NCBI GenBank assembly: GCA_025786725.1 | Contig: JAHLTZ010000001.1 | Location: 62,001-126,000, forward strand | Length of the DNA: 64,000 nt | DNA from: Syncephalis fuscata S228 | Lineage: Eukaryota; Fungi; Zoopagomycota | Reading direction: 5' to 3' | Shown: piece after piece, positions 30,624 through 45,156 of the stretch | Layout of the letters: each line of letters begins with the position of its first letter | Numbering within the stretch: position 1 is the first letter of the stretch | The notes under the pieces: model-generated | The model's database searches: none | Told to the model about the DNA's origin: nothing | What the model saw: the letters and a program-made list of their open reading frames with translations, nothing else | Translations under genes and position numbers: made by a program

Positions 30624-33442
30624 CTATATCCAGCGTGTATTCGTGTCGACTTGTTGTTTATCGTTCATTCTCGTGCGCTGTTTCTTTGTATCTTTATCAT
30701 CTGACGCCAATAATTCTATATTCTTATTGGTCTTTTCGTGTTCCTCTTCATCCGTTTCTGGTTCCTCCACAGAGGTACCGACTCGTTGACGTTCCATTAA
30801 ACGCCAAAAGGCACCTTGAGCTGTCATTAATTCGGTATAACTGCCCAATTCAGTCGCCCGACCCTCATCAAGGCAAAGAATCAAATCGCTACGGCGTAGT
30901 GTTGATGCACGATGAGCAATAGTAATTACGGTGCGGTGCTGTGAAAGACGATCGAGTGCATCTTGTACCAAGTGTTCAGATTCAGCATCTAATGCACTTG
31001 TTGCCTCGTCAAGGATTAATATACGAGGATTCTTTAACAATGCCCTAGCAATAGCCACTCTATTAAAAGTAAATAATTGGTTATTGGTTATTGGTCATGA
31101 TGTAGTGTACATGTTGTGTAATTACCGCTGTTTCTGTCCCCCACTTAGACTAACACCACGTTCACCGACAAATGTGTCAAATCGATCCGGTAATTGTTGA
31201 ATAAAATCACAATTAGCCATACGAGCAGCAGCTTCTACTTGAGCCTGAGTGGCTTGTGGATTGGCATAGCGAATATTGTCGGTTAATGTACCGGCAAAAA
31301 GTACCGGTTCTTGACTGACCACGCCTACATAGCCACGCCACCACCGAGCATCTAACTCGCGTATATCAGTGCCATCCACCAATACCTGGCCGCGAGTTGG
31401 ATCGTAAAAGCGAAGTATCAATGAACCAATGGTACTTTTACCGCCACCAGATGTACCAGCCACCGCTAATTTGTAGTGCTATTAGATACTAGTAGTATTT
31501 ATTTTGTCTATAATAAGTTATATATATACCTAACGAAGTACCCGGTTTAACGGTAAATGATAAACCTTCAAGGACTTGGATGCCCGGTCGAGTAGGGTAG
31601 GTGAAATGAACATCGCTAAAACAAATTTCACCGTGCACTGTTGGTAATTGAGCACCTCCTAATACATAGGTACATACATACATATGTTTATATATATTAA
31701 TTGTCAGTTGTTTCATAAAATGATTAGAATCAATTACCATCTTTATCAATAACCGGTTTTCGATCAAGTAGTTCAAATAAACGACTACCTGCACCCATTC
31801 CCTTCATCATTTCCGAGTAGAATGATGTTACACCTAATTGTAATGATTATGTTTAGCTATTTGACTAACATATTTATATTAACTACGTACCCATGGTAGA
31901 TGACCCCACATATGCTGTATACATTAGAAATGATGCCAGTTCACCAACTGTAATGTGCCCTTGAGCTACCATATTTCCTCCCAAGGCCAACACAGCGAGT
32001 ACAGTTAAATTACCAGTAAATCCAGCCTAAATAAAGTGATTAAAATAATAAATACTTTGTATTGTTGAGTTGTTAGTTTAAACTACGTACTGTTCCAAAA
32101 AATATACCACTAGCAAATGCCTAATCATTATCATTATTAGCGTTAATACAATAAACAGTAGCTATAGTGCAGATGTATCTATTAATTACCTCTTTTCTAG
32201 CCAGTGCAAATACTTCCTCGACTCGACTACTGTATCGTTTTGATTCATCGCCTTCTCGAGCAAATGCAAATACCGTACGAATATTACCCAGACGTTCCTC
32301 GGCCACTTTAGTTACTTCGCTCAGTGCTGATTGTGTTTTTTTGGATAGACTGCGTACATATCGACCATAGTACACGGCAAATATGGCCATGGGCGGAACA
32401 ATAAACATCATGCATAACTGATATGATTACAAAATAATATAATTTAATATTGATTATAATGAACTACATCTAAACTACTTTGATAACATTCTTACCGTTA
32501 ATTTACCACTGACATAGGCCATCATCGACAATCCTCCAATTGACATGACAACATTACTAATTAATTTGTAATTAAATAACTAATACTAAATTTATGGGTC
32601 AACCACTTACCGTATACCATCTGAAATGTTATTGGATAGAGTTTTACCGACAATCGATGTATCGACCGATAGTCGACTGATTAGTTCACCGCTGCGATTA
32701 ACATCAAAAAATGCCACTTCTTGGCGAAGAAATGTATCGAACAGATTTGTACGTAATCGAGCAACAATCCGCTCGCCTACTAACTTCATCATCGTGACGC
32801 GACCTGTATTGGCCAAAGCACCAGCTAGAAATACGCCGCCTAATAAAGAGTAGAACTGTGTTACAGTGAGATTGCCAGGTAGATCGGCGGCAGGATTGGT
32901 CACTAGATCGATAATCTTGCCCATAGAAAATGGAACCGACTGCGATTGAAATAGTCAATCGGTGCTATTCAACCATGGTCTCATCAACTTACCATTGACA
33001 CTGCCGAGGAGACAAGTAACAAAGAGAGGGCAGCTAGTACACCGTTGAATTGGTTAGTTAAAGCAATACAGTCGTGCATATTAAAAGCTACCTCCAAGCA
33101 TTTTTGCTTCCGGTCGGGCCAGCCCGAATAGCCGTCGTGCTTCTGGCCATTTAAGCTGAGGTTTAACTTTTGATTTATCGGCAGCGGTCTGTGCTGATTC
33201 ACCGGCTTTTACGAGGCACTATCGTATTCAACGCCCGTATCTTTCGTATGAAGTAGACGATAGCCGCCGAAAATGACGCGGCTATTCTCATTAGCCTGTA
33301 AGGGCCACCGTTTAAGACGAGACGAGGGCAGTAGCGTTGGATAGTGGCCACTACTAGACGTTGTAGTTCTAAGCAACGCTAGTCGAGGTGACGTGGCGTG
33401 CCGCGTAGCTTGCCGACAACCACCAAGTAAAATGCTAGTCAT
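30624..33442 (-). CDS. MDL1: Mitochondrial ABCB half-transporter (Mdl1/ABCB10), multi-exon; apparent 1-nt frameshift at ~33214
   Basis: Arg/Ser-rich presequence, [27 protein letters not shown], Walker [42 protein letters not shown]. Confidence 0.92.
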
Positions 33443-34701
33443 TCTACGGCAGAGATTCAACAAGCTTGTAATTCCTGTGTAATGCACAGGTTATCGTTGG
33501 TTAGAAAGAGAGTGGAAAGCGGAATAACCGAACAAGCGTAAATCAGTTTTGGCACTGCTGATAAGAAGTTTGTTCATTCATTCCATCTACCATCGCCAAT
33601 GATAGCAGCATTTGTATCAGCAGTCCTAGTAATAACAGTGTAACCTCGTGGATACGCGGGGTGCGTTCAGATTACTTTGATAGGACAATAAGGAGATAAA
33701 TATAATAAAATATAGTGTTAATCTGATAGGTCTTTATTGATAGCTGGTTAAAATGTCGAATAGAGCAGTAGACAAAAGATAAAGCGATATTTACAATAAA
33801 AAATGACTGAAAGCTGTAATAATAATTAGGCTATATTATAACATGTAAAATACTATTTGTTACCGTGCACTGTTATCTACATTGTGCTGCATTATAGCTC
33901 TTTTATATATATATACAGCTTCTTTTGATTAGTAAAATAAAAAGTATTTATTTTTAAAATTTCAAATTATTACGTATACGGTATTTTAATGACCGTAGAA
34001 TAGTCACTTTGCTACAAGCAGTACTACATAGTAGAGTATAACGAATAAAAGGAAAAAAGTAATATTAGTGTAGTATTAAGTGATATTCAATGGCTAATAT
34101 GCTAGTGGTAGTAAATAAAAATACATAGTTGGTTCATTTGTTAAATTACTCGTTAAGCAAGTAAATCACGTCAAGTGTGTTCATTTAATTGTTTTATAAT
34201 TTATACACAGTAGTAGTTTTTCTATGTTTAATTTTTATTGAAATCGAAAACGATGATAGATGGATGTAGCTGGTTAGAATAAGCATCTTGTGTATAGCAA
34301 AAAGATGGTTTGTATGAGAATAGCTGAGGAAATGGTTTAAAATAAAGATCTTAAATAGATTAACAAATGTAAACAACCAGTGTAGGAAATGACCGCCGGC
34401 GGGTAAATAAGATCAGGATAATTAATTAGTGTAGCAAGAATAGTGAGAATACAACAAGAACAATAGCTGTAGCGATAGAAATGAGATTAAAGCAATAAAA
34501 CAGTATTATGGTGGCAGTGTTGTTTTCTAGCGAATAATTTTGATTCGCTGTAATTAAAACATCTGCTTGATTGGATGATCTATGATTAACTACGATTGTA
34601 AAGATTCAATTAAAAGATTTCGCTAATTAAAATGGGAGCGAAATGTAGAAATATTAGTAGTATAGTGCAAGTTATTTCATGTGCAGAAATCATGATGTAG
34701 T

Positions 34702-35535
34702 CTACGACCAAGTATGCTGTAATTGACCAGTATTGGCACGGTGAATTATACTATGCATTTGATTATAAAATTGATTTAGTGCGCCAAGTTGCTGGTCGGT
34801 TAAACGTGCCAAAAGCAACGAAAACGATGCATTCTGTAGTGCTGCCAATGATACGACATACGATAGTGCTTCTAGTGATTATAATAAAACACAGTTAAAC
34901 ATTAATATATTGCCAGTGTATTTCAGCAATGCAAACTTACCATCTAAGGTGGTCGGCTTGAGTTGGCCTTCCATAATTGCTGTTACAAAGCGATAAAATG
35001 TTGCGGCTTCATTGTTTGGTGACTCAGAGGCAAACGGCAGCAACTGTGGCGAAACCGATGTTTGCATAGGTATTTGAGGGCTTAAAGAGCTTTTTGGTGT
35101 AATGTTACTATTATTCATTCGAACTGTGCTATTGATATTGCTATAATGATTCTTGATCGAGGTGGCAAGGGGTGCTGATTGAATAGGTGGAGTTGAAACA
35201 AATGTATCACACACTGATGTGATAGGCGATATAGTGCCAAGAGATGCTGCTGTTACGCCTTTAGCCGTGGCGGCCATGGGGTAACCAGACAAAGTTTGTG
35301 ATAGTTGCACTGGAGTAGAGGAAGCAGTGGGGTAAGGCGAGCCAGTCTTTACCGGGGAAATAGGAGAACTATTGGGAGTTAACGATACGATTGGTGAGGC
35401 TTGAGTTGATGATGATGATGATGATGAACGGTTTAATTGTTGCGGTCGAAATTGTATTTGCGATAGTGTTGGTTGTGTGCGTTGCCGTTGATTTGGCATT
35501 GGATGCTGTTGAGGGACAAAACGAACGCTCATCAT
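34702..35535 (-). CDS. Hypothetical Ser/Pro/Gln-rich protein; 3' end uncertain
   Basis: About 200 open codons from MMSVRF. A strong donor (G|gtaagt) near 34940 suggests a second exon whose frame is ambiguous. Confidence 0.45.
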
Positions 35536-36559
35536 CTTGGATGAAGTATAGTTAGTTGGTAAAACAAAGCAACAAAAATGCACTAGACGCTAAAAACAAT
35601 TTGCGAAGAAAGAACAACAGAAACAGCTGTTTGTGCTTGTGGCAATAATAATGACGAGATATAGAATAATGGTGCGTTGATAGATAAAAGCGGATTAATA
35701 CGAGAAAAGCGAGAGTAATAAAGTTAAGGCGGTGCGAATAGAAAAGAGCAGCGCTAGTTATAGGATCGAAATAGTCGCTTGTGATACCATCGTTCAGCCA
35801 GCGATAACTCTGTGCTTGATGAAGGCCGAAGGAAAAAGTCGGAATATTCGGAGTTTACGGCCTTGCCAATAAGAGTTGTCCCATATGCAGATATCCTTAA
35901 TTGCTTGACATTAATGATCACATCGTTACTATGTACTCCTATGCGGGGATTTAACTTTTGATCGAAAGCCAGGACGTTTATCTGCGTTAATTTGTTGAGT
36001 CATTGTGTGCTGTCTAACAGCATCTATGATTATCAACATTATCACAATAAACAGCAAGGCCTTTATCTGCTATAACCATATATTACAAGTCTGTAATGGT
36101 GCTAAAAGGTGGGCGCTGTGGCAAAATGGCGATACCATGCTGAAAGATGGCAGTCCCAAATAAGGGAGATCATTTAGTGCACTATCCATACTTGATAGCC
36201 ATTTTGATAACCTTTTACTTGCCTTTCTGTGTATCCAACACCGTTAAAACAAGTTTTTCGAATGACATTTGCCATCTTCAACGCCATGTCTTTTACAAAT
36301 AGATATACAACTTGTTGTAACTTGACATGTAGCATATTAAGATGATGCTAATCATATGTTTTCATTTGTCAAATACGTTGTTTAAGCAATAAATAGTTGT
36401 TGTTTTATCATCATTGTGTTAATAGTAATAGCAACAATTATTATCGCCTCTTTACTACCTGTTCTTTACTAACATTATTCATCGTTACTATTACTTCAAC
36501 ATTCACAGTATCTTTAAAACGTTTTATCACAGCTCTTATCTTTAATCTTTGTTGTAGTC

Positions 36560-37698
36560 ATGACTATGGCAATGCACCATTATTCCACAGTTATTCTAGC
36601 CATTACTTTGGCGATATTGTCCCATATTACTAAAGTGGCAAATGGAGCAGCACTTATGACTACACTGTCCGAAAGCGCTACACCCACCACGTTTCCCGCG
36701 AAGCTTAATCTAGCATGCACCATTCAATATAACGCCAAGCTTGACATGCCTCGTTGGCAATGGCCTGCTATATGACTCTGCCAGCATCTTGCCTACAGTG
36801 CACTGAAGGCCAGTGGCTCATGAATGATCGATGCGCGCTTATACCATCACCCCACCATCGTCTTAATCGTCGCCAATACTTTCCTTATTACCACCATCAT
36901 CGCCGTCCATACTATCCTCGCTATCCATTCCGTCCATATTATCCACACTATCCATACTACGCTCATCACCCTTATTATCACCACCACCGCTGGTTAATGC
37001 CGCGTCAAGTGACTATGGAGATGCCAAATACAGTAAGTGAAAAATATATATTTTTTGTTTGTCCAATAACAGTTTGCCCGACAAGGCCCTAAAGAGTGAC
37101 ATGACGACGATGACTGCGATATCGGAACAGCCGCTTATAATTCGCTGTATGGGAGAAATAGCATCGCCATCGGCTTTATCGGCGCAGGCGTGTCAACCCA
37201 CAGTCAAGGTTACTTCGCCGATGTTACTCCCTCTAATGTTACTCCAGCCAGTGACGACAACGGTGACGAGGATGACAATAAAAATAACCCCAATGTAGAT
37301 ACAACTAAAGATACGTTGCCCACCCAGCCCAGTTTGCCTACAGTCATTGAAGGCAAGCCAAAAAATGTATCTCCACAGACTGGCATATCTCAGTCAATTG
37401 TAATCTCACCAAAAGCACGATCAACCGAATGTACATCGGCTACCGATTGTCCATCTATCAAATAGCCGCCAATATGCCGATGCAACAAATTCAACAAATT
37501 CAAAACATTCAAATGGCAGCTTCCAGTTTATCTGGCACTATGCCATCGGTTATCACTGAAACACTTTCGGATACTTCGGTGCCATCGCCATCCTCTAATC
37601 CATTTCCAGAGCTTGCTGTAAACTCGCAATGCTCAAAGCGTGCGCCAGTGGATGTAAGCTTAGATGAAGCCACGTCTACTACTGTTTGTGATCAGTGA
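36560..37698 (+). CDS. Putative secreted protein with Cys pairs and a His/Tyr/Pro/Arg-rich segment, broken into several frames
   Basis: Signal-like VILAITLAILSHITKVANG, overlapping ORFs 36560/36754/37059/37190/37429, probable intron 37033-37072. Frameshifts are needed to join them. Confidence 0.5.
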
Positions 37699-37993
37699 TG
37701 AATTTACTTGATACGAATAAACATGCGCCCTTATTGGGTAATTGATTTTACATCATTCAAATAACTTGTTTACCCAACTATTGTTTTATTTACATAGTTA
37801 GTAATATATACTGTTTTATTAACAATGTAATAGTATTATTAATTAAACAGAAATAGTTGAGAATGTGCGCTGTATATTAATTAAGAAAATTGGAACTGAA
37901 GCTAACCTTTTTATTTAACATTTTTTGAGTACACAATTGGTAACAAACAAGATCATTGATAACTGCGCCGTATAATCTTTATAAAGCAACTAT

Positions 37994-38519
37994 TTAGTAT
38001 CCATTAGAAAGAAAAAAGAGCTCTTCGGGATTGACTACGTCAACATCGTATGCATACTGGGCACTGCGAACACCAGCAACACTAGCTCGGATGGTGGCTT
38101 GACGAGCACCACGAGCAAATGCTTGTTTCTGAATATAATCTTCGTGGTCCTTTTGACTTTCACCAGTGCTAGCTCCAACAAAGTAAATGATGAACCCGAT
38201 AACAACTTCAATAGCAAAACGCAGATCCATAGAGCTATAAAGTAGAGGAACAATACAGATAAGAGTCCAGATTACAGAACCAAAAACTAGAAACAAAAAG
38301 CATCTGTTTAAACATCAGTACGTCATTAAGATAGATTATATTTAGCATATTGCTCCGTATAACTTGCCAGCAATAAAGGCCATTATAAAGTTATAAACTG
38401 CAACAATAAAATCTTTATAATAATATCAATTTGTTAAAAGCAAGAGTAGAGTAAGAATATAAAGCACTTGATACAGAGTACGTACTAGAAAACAATGCGA
38501 AAGAAATGTGTAGTTGCAT
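37994..38519 (-). CDS. Small multi-pass membrane protein of unknown function, 3 exons (tentative)
   Basis: Splicing gives MQLHISFALFSNFIVAVYNFIMAFIA-VFGSVIWTLICIVPLL... using a G|gcaagt donor and a tttgtttctag acceptor. Confidence 0.4.
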
Positions 38520-39463
38520 GAGTGGGTTGGGTTCTTATCATCTGTATTCAATGTACTTTCATTGTTCTATTTTGAACTGCATGCAGTGCTACCGTATATG
38601 TTCTCGGCAGTTAGCACATTGCAACTCGACAACTCAGCAACATAAATAAATTCAGTAGAACCACTAGGATGCTGTTTTATATTTATTTGTATTTTTAATG
38701 AATGACGGTACTGTTTATATGTTACTAAGTCTCATGTGCCATAGATTCATTGCATTTGACCAGTAATTGTTGCTATATAGTAGTTTGATAACCATTTACT
38801 TGTGTGTACATATTATCATTGTCACCTGATTTGTGTTAACATATGAACATATTACAATTAGTTACACTCGATACAGCTACAGCCATATTATACACTTTAA
38901 CAATAATATAAGTAGTTTATTTAGTTTATTGCTTTGTGTATTTACATTGTTGCTATTACACCAGCATGTGTGTGTTATTTAAAGTCTAATTTATTTTAAG
39001 TTTATGAACCCTGTTGTGTATTTATAAGTTAAATAACATTTATTAATCACATTATAGCTTCAACATTAATATTCGTATAAATCATTTGTCTATTCTTTCT
39101 TTTCTACGCTATTCTATATTCTACTAACTAGTTATGTTTTATTAACAAATTATATTTTATTGTTGGCTATGTTCTTTGAAGATTTCTATCTGGTTCATTT
39201 AATATACAATATACCATACTTTATTTCTAACATTCACACACTTTATTTGTCTATTCAGCTGTATTTATATCTCTTTATCAGCTTACAACTACATCTCCAG
39301 TATAAATGGACAGATAGAGCCAACGGATATCAAATAAGCACACAATCTACATTGAATCATGTCTCTTTTGATGATGATAGCCCAGTACAACAAAGTGTAG
39401 TTGATTTTATTATTGCTATTTCACCTTGTTCATTTACAATTTACACTCTTTAAATTCATCAGT

Positions 39464-39974
39464 ATGTCTCTTCCAGATGCAGCACTTCACAAGGTAAGCC
39501 TTTTCACTAGGCGCGATTCACCTAGAGACACTGCAATCTCTAAATCATACTGCTCTTTTACTGATTACTCGCTTGTTTAGGTGCTGGTAGCTATGCAGCA
39601 GATGCAGATAAAGCTACAAGATGACCAGCGTGAACTGTCCAAAGTAACAGCCCAGGTACAAAAATGCGAGCGTGAACAGCGCACCTCTGCAGTAGTCAGC
39701 CGGGAACTGGATACACTAACTGATGACGTACGCGTCTACAAAAGCATAGGCAAAATGTAGGCTACAAAGGGGTGAACCGTCTATTTGCCAGCTAATATCA
39801 ATGGTGTTTATTAGGTTCATGCTAAGCGATCTGCCAACCATGAAGAAAGAAGTATCGACTCGGGGCAAAGAGTCGGGAGAACAAGCTAAAGTGCTTGAAA
39901 AGAAGCGAGCCTATTTGGAACGCAACGTTAAGGAAATCACCGCAAATCTACGAGAGATTACACCACGCGCCTAG
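39464..39974 (+). CDS. PFD1: Prefoldin subunit 1 (3 exons; absent from the ORF track)
   Basis: Spliced product MSLPDAALHKVLVAMQQMQIKLQ...ELDTLTDDVRVYKSIGKMFMLSD...LEKKRAYLERNVKEITANLREI. Contains the beta-prefoldin YxSxGKMF motif. Confidence 0.9.
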
Positions 39975-40364
39975 TGTCCTTTGATTGTGCCATTGTGCAG
40001 TCTATAGAAGATGCTGCATAAAATAAAGCAAAATACAATGACATCAAATGCGGGTTTGCCAAAAATTGTACGACAATGATTACTAGGAAGCATCTTTATC
40101 TTATTGACAATGACGCACAATGTGGATTGTTTGACGCTAAACGTTGCCAATGTTTATTGGCTTACACAATAGTATTATTTTTATGGCCAAATACACTAAT
40201 ACAATATAAATACAATACGTTTTCTCTTTTTCTCTCTTCTTATAATATATACCCACGCACACAGACTAACTCGCAGGCACTACGCTACTTTTCTTGTTAA
40301 AGTTATATTTTGTATGCAATCACTAGCATTTACCTCATCGTATTGACTTATTTTGTTGGCTGGC

Positions 40365-43017
40365 ATGTCTTCGCAACTCCTAAATCGTCCTGGCTATGCT
40401 AAAATAGGCAAAGCTGGCCATGTAATAGCCAACCACTTCAAACTGAACAGCATACCTTTGGACGACCTGATTCATTTAAACGTCAAGATCACTCTTAACA
40501 ATAAAGAGCACAAGAATAAAGATGTAAATAGACAGGTTATCGAGCAGCTACATGTGCTGCACCGTGACAAGTTAGGCAAGGCGTACTTGGCGTATGATGG
40601 CGCATTCAGTGCATTTTCACTACATCCAATGGCAGCAGGTGATTTGCTACGTGTTGACGTTTTATTACCAGAATCGGATGGCAACAATAGCAGTGAAAGA
40701 ATACCGCGTACCTTCGTAGTAACACTTCGTAAAGCAGGCGTCGCCAACATGTCATTAATTGATGCTTATTATTCAGGCGAAATGCGTGATCAGCAGGCAC
40801 TTCTTTTGCCTATTACTGCCTTGGAGGTCATATTCCGTCACATGGTGGCAGGTCGGTTTATATCAATTGGCCAATCACTTTATACGGGCGAGAATTCAAA
40901 GCTTTTACCAGGTGGTTTAGAGGCGTGGCGTGGTTATTTTATGTCGGTACGTGTGGGTGAAACCGGTCTCATGCTAAACATCGATACTGCAACCAGCGCT
41001 TTTTACCGCCAAGGATCGCTGATTCAATTTGTTGCCGATGCGCTTTATGTCAATGGACCTGAAAGAATAGCAAGCAGACTAAACAATAACTCAATCAAAG
41101 AACTGGAACGTCATCTTAAAGGATTAAAAGTTCATGTAACTCACCGACAAGGATTTAAGCCGCGCTATGGAATTCAAAAGTTGACGCGAAAGTCAGCAGA
41201 AGACACAGTATTCACAATTGCCGATACTGGAGAAAGAATCAATGTAGCAAATTACTTCCAAACACGATACAACTATCGATTAAGATTTCCACAGTTGCCA
41301 TGCATGTAAGATATATAGCCATTGTTAAATAGTTGATGCCAATACAGTTTATTATTTTATAGTGTTACAAGCAAAGGAACAACATTCCCAATGGAAGTTT
41401 GTGTGATTGAGCCTAATCAACACTTTAGAGGCCAGTTGGCTGACAAGCAGTTGGCTGACATGATAAAATACGCAGCTGAGCCACCAGAGAAACGACGTAA
41501 TAAAATCAATGACTGCCACGATATTTTAGACTTTGTCAACGACAATACGCTAAATCATTTTGGCATCAGTGTCGATCCAAACATGGTCACGGTCCGTAGT
41601 CGACAATTAGAAGCGCCACGTATTGAATATAACCGATCCACTGGTCGAGATACCATAGTTACGCCAAGGGACGGTCAATGGCCGTTACGAGGTAAACGCT
41701 TACTCGCACCAGTGACTATTAGTTCGTGGGCTGTAATTGCATTCACGCAAGAAAGATTCCTTCCATGTCGCAAAATACAGAATTGCTTCGAGTTTATGGC
41801 ATCCAAGTTTACCGAGAAAGGTATGAATGTAGTTGCAAGAGACCCGCCTGTTATCTATGGCAATATACACGGAGATCCTGCCAAAATACTTCAACAAGCA
41901 GCTGTATTGGCCAAGTCAAAGTATAAGGCACCACCACAAGTTATTTTTGCCCTTCTTCCAAACAATATTGGGTTTTACGGTAAACTTAAAAAGGTAGCTG
42001 AGACACAAATGGGTATTATTACGCAAGGCATGAGTATTGGCAAGCTTGAACGTCTTAACCATACAGTAAGTAAACAATAACAACTATTACTATTATTTAT
42101 CAGATTGATACCTACCTAATACTACTATAGTACTGCGAGAATATGAGCCTTAAAGTAAATGTAAAGCTCGGTGGTGCAAATAGTAAGCTAGTTGATCGAT
42201 CAATTCCAATGATCACCAATGTACCAACCATTGTTATGGGTGCCGATTTGTACCATCCAACTGGCGCCAAACACGATCCAAGCCGTCCTTCAATTGCTGC
42301 TGTTTGCGGCTCACTTGATCCGCAGCTATCCAATTATGATGGCACCTATCGTGCCCAGGATAGTCATGAAGATATTATATTTGATCTATGTCCAATGACC
42401 AAGGAAATTATTAGTAATTTCCATCGTAGATCAGGTACTTATCCTCAGCGTATTATTTTCTATCGAGACGGTGTCTCAGATGGACAATTCCAGCGTGTAT
42501 TTGAAGTAGAATTGAAAGCTATTAAGAAGGCTTGTCGGGAACTTAGCCCTAAGTATAATCCAAAATTAACATTTATTGTTGCAAAGAAACGACACCATAC
42601 ACGTCTGTTCCCAGCTCAAGCCGGTCCACAAGCAACCGATCGTTCTGGCAACTGTAAACCAGGCACGGTAGTTGATCGTGATATTACCGATCCTTGCCTT
42701 TACGACTTTTTCCTTCAAGCGCATGCCGGTATTCAAGGCACTTGTAGTCCTGTGCACTATGTTGTTCTCCACGATGAAAATAATTTAGGACCAGATGTTG
42801 TGCAAGACATGACAAATCGTCTAAGCTACACATATTCACGCTGTCTCGTAGTGTCAGTCTTGTTCCATCCGTTTACTGGGCTCATGTGTTGGCAGACCGT
42901 GCCCGTCACTATATAAATAATGACCAGGCAAGCGATACAGCGAGTTCAGTTTCGCCGTGTCAACCTACGACTATGCCCCATTTAAACAGTTTACGTACTG
43001 TGCTTTTCTACTCTTAA
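40365..43017 (+). CDS. AGO: Argonaute (N-L1-PAZ-MID-PIWI); introns 41306-41362 and 42067-42130; apparent 1-nt frameshift at ~42846
   Basis: RPGY..ANHF, GLEAWRGYFMSVR, LNID, LKGLKVHVTH, YF..RY..RLRFPQLPC, PMEVC, LKVNVKLGG, MGAD, YRDGVSDGQF, KKRHHTRLF, PGTVVD, HAGIQGT. The -1 frame resumes RSVSLVPSVYWAHVLADRARHY...LFYS*. Confidence 0.96.
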
Positions 43018-43941
43018 TGGTCTATTGAGACAACTGACTTGCTTATAACCATTCATTAACTATTTTGCAAGTTGCCACTGCTTTCATTGATCATTAAATC
43101 ACTGCTTATTGTGATTGTTTTATTTGTAATGTGTTTGCTTAATTGATTGTATAAACTAACAAACATTTGCTTATTCATAGCAGCATCAACAGACCACCAT
43201 TTATTAGGATCTATGTAAACTATTCTAGAGTTGATTGATATATATATATCATTATTATGTAAATGTAATTGTTATTTATCTACCAACTAAAGCAATACAA
43301 TGTTTAGATAATCTATTATTTAATTCTAAATAGCCATATAAAAGCATGCAGTTATTTATTAAACAGTATAGCTATCTCGTTATATACAATTCATATAACC
43401 ATAATAATGAATCAATATGTGCAGCTGTAAATACATACAAACAATATAGCCAATCAATAAATATAATTGTTATGCCATTCATTCTATCTATTATAACAAT
43501 ATTTTTATTTGTATTCTTATTTCTTTAACTTTATTTTATTCATCCTCCCATTGCATATCATTGTATTGTCTATTGATTACACATTGTTTATAATCTATCT
43601 TATTATACTAGCTATATTTATTATATATTTAATTTACTCAATCTATTGTGTTTACTAGGTTGTATATTCTTTTGTTTATTCATCCATTTCATGTTCTATT
43701 AACTACTTTTATTAATAAAGCGTATTTTTATATGTAGTTATATTACTTGTAGATTCAATCTGGTTTATTTAACATATGCACATATACATACTATGCTTTG
43801 TCATTAATAGTACTATATTTTATTTGACTATTTATTTGTATTTATAGCACTTTACATTCTAATAAAACAAAAGAGATATACTTATAACATTTTTCCAATA
43901 TAAATATATAAAGCATATGTATAGTAAAATAAATATATCAA

Positions 43942-44662
43942 TATGAGAACGCATACGGCTATTGCATAACATCATCTACGTTTGCAAAAACCATAGGATA
44001 TTCAATAAACTGTAGTAACATTTACATACAAAACTTGATAAATGACACGCGTTTAAACTGTAAACTGGTCGAGTATACAATCAAGAATGCTTAACCAAAA
44101 CCAGTCAAGTATTGATTCAGGACAAATAGTGCAATATCAAAAAGGCCAATTCAGCACCATACAGTCTTCACTGGCCACATACAGAAAAGTACTGATGAGT
44201 GAGATTGTTCAAGCAGTGGAAGAGAATAAAGAGACAATCAGCAGAGATATAGCCACCACAATCACTATATACTTTGTTTTACTATAGATCACTATCGTAG
44301 ATCATACTTAACAGCTTATATAGTCTCAAAGTGTTGACTGCACTATTGCTATTGAAATTGCAAAGCTATTGCCAGATGACTTACAATAACAATTGATGGC
44401 AAAATCAAAGTATACAGCAATATTTTACATAATATATTCAACATAGCATAACAACAATCCAAAATGCACTTAATATGTCAATAAAAGTGCCATCATTGAT
44501 TGGAGTGATGATGAATTGCAAAAAGGTCAGATTACAAAAGAGCAATGCAAGGATATAGTGTAAATAACATATATAAAGTGTACAAGTATATGCAATGGGT
44601 ATATGTTGTCAAGTGTAAAGAAAGAGAAAGGGAAATATGATGACGTAGATTGTGAGATGTGA
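43942..44662 (+). pseudogene. Possible degraded coding relic
   Basis: Coding-like frames (SSLATYRKVLMSEIVQAVEENK; IAIEIAKLLPDDLQ*QLMAK; DWSDDELQKGQITKEQCKDIV*) interrupted by stops. Family not recognised. Confidence 0.3.
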
Positions 44663-45156
44663 GCCTGTCAGTCAATATTTATAAACAAAAAGTTTAATTG
44701 ATTAATAAATGGAGTGTGAAATAATAAAAGTCAATTTACCCAACATGTCGGTACATCATAGAACAACAAGTGAAGCAATAATGCATTGAGAATAAAAGTC
44801 ATTTTACCCCCAAAACTACTCATTATCATAGAATATGTTATTAAAAAATAAAATAAAAATACTATTTTTATTTTACAAATACTTTAACGTTACATTTATT
44901 ATAGTATATTCTGCTTAATGACACAATGGCTCAGTCCTGAGTTGTATAGCAAACTATTGCGCATATCGGTATTTTATATAGTCACTTGGCTAAGCATGCA
45001 TGTGCCACATCATACTGGTTTTCATGTTGGCCTTTGCAGTCGATATGTTACGTGTTTATTCCTGTTTTTACTTCATAGCTTTAACGGACTTTGTAATGTA
45101 ATATAACAACGTGTATTTTATTTTATTTAGTAGCATTGAAACTCAATCGGTGAATT

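Noticed and set aside
37097-37099. In-frame TGA after the putative intron, as a possible selenocysteine or readthrough codon
   Set aside because: No selenoprotein-like context or SECIS seen. The neighbouring frame reads plausibly and the locus has other indels.
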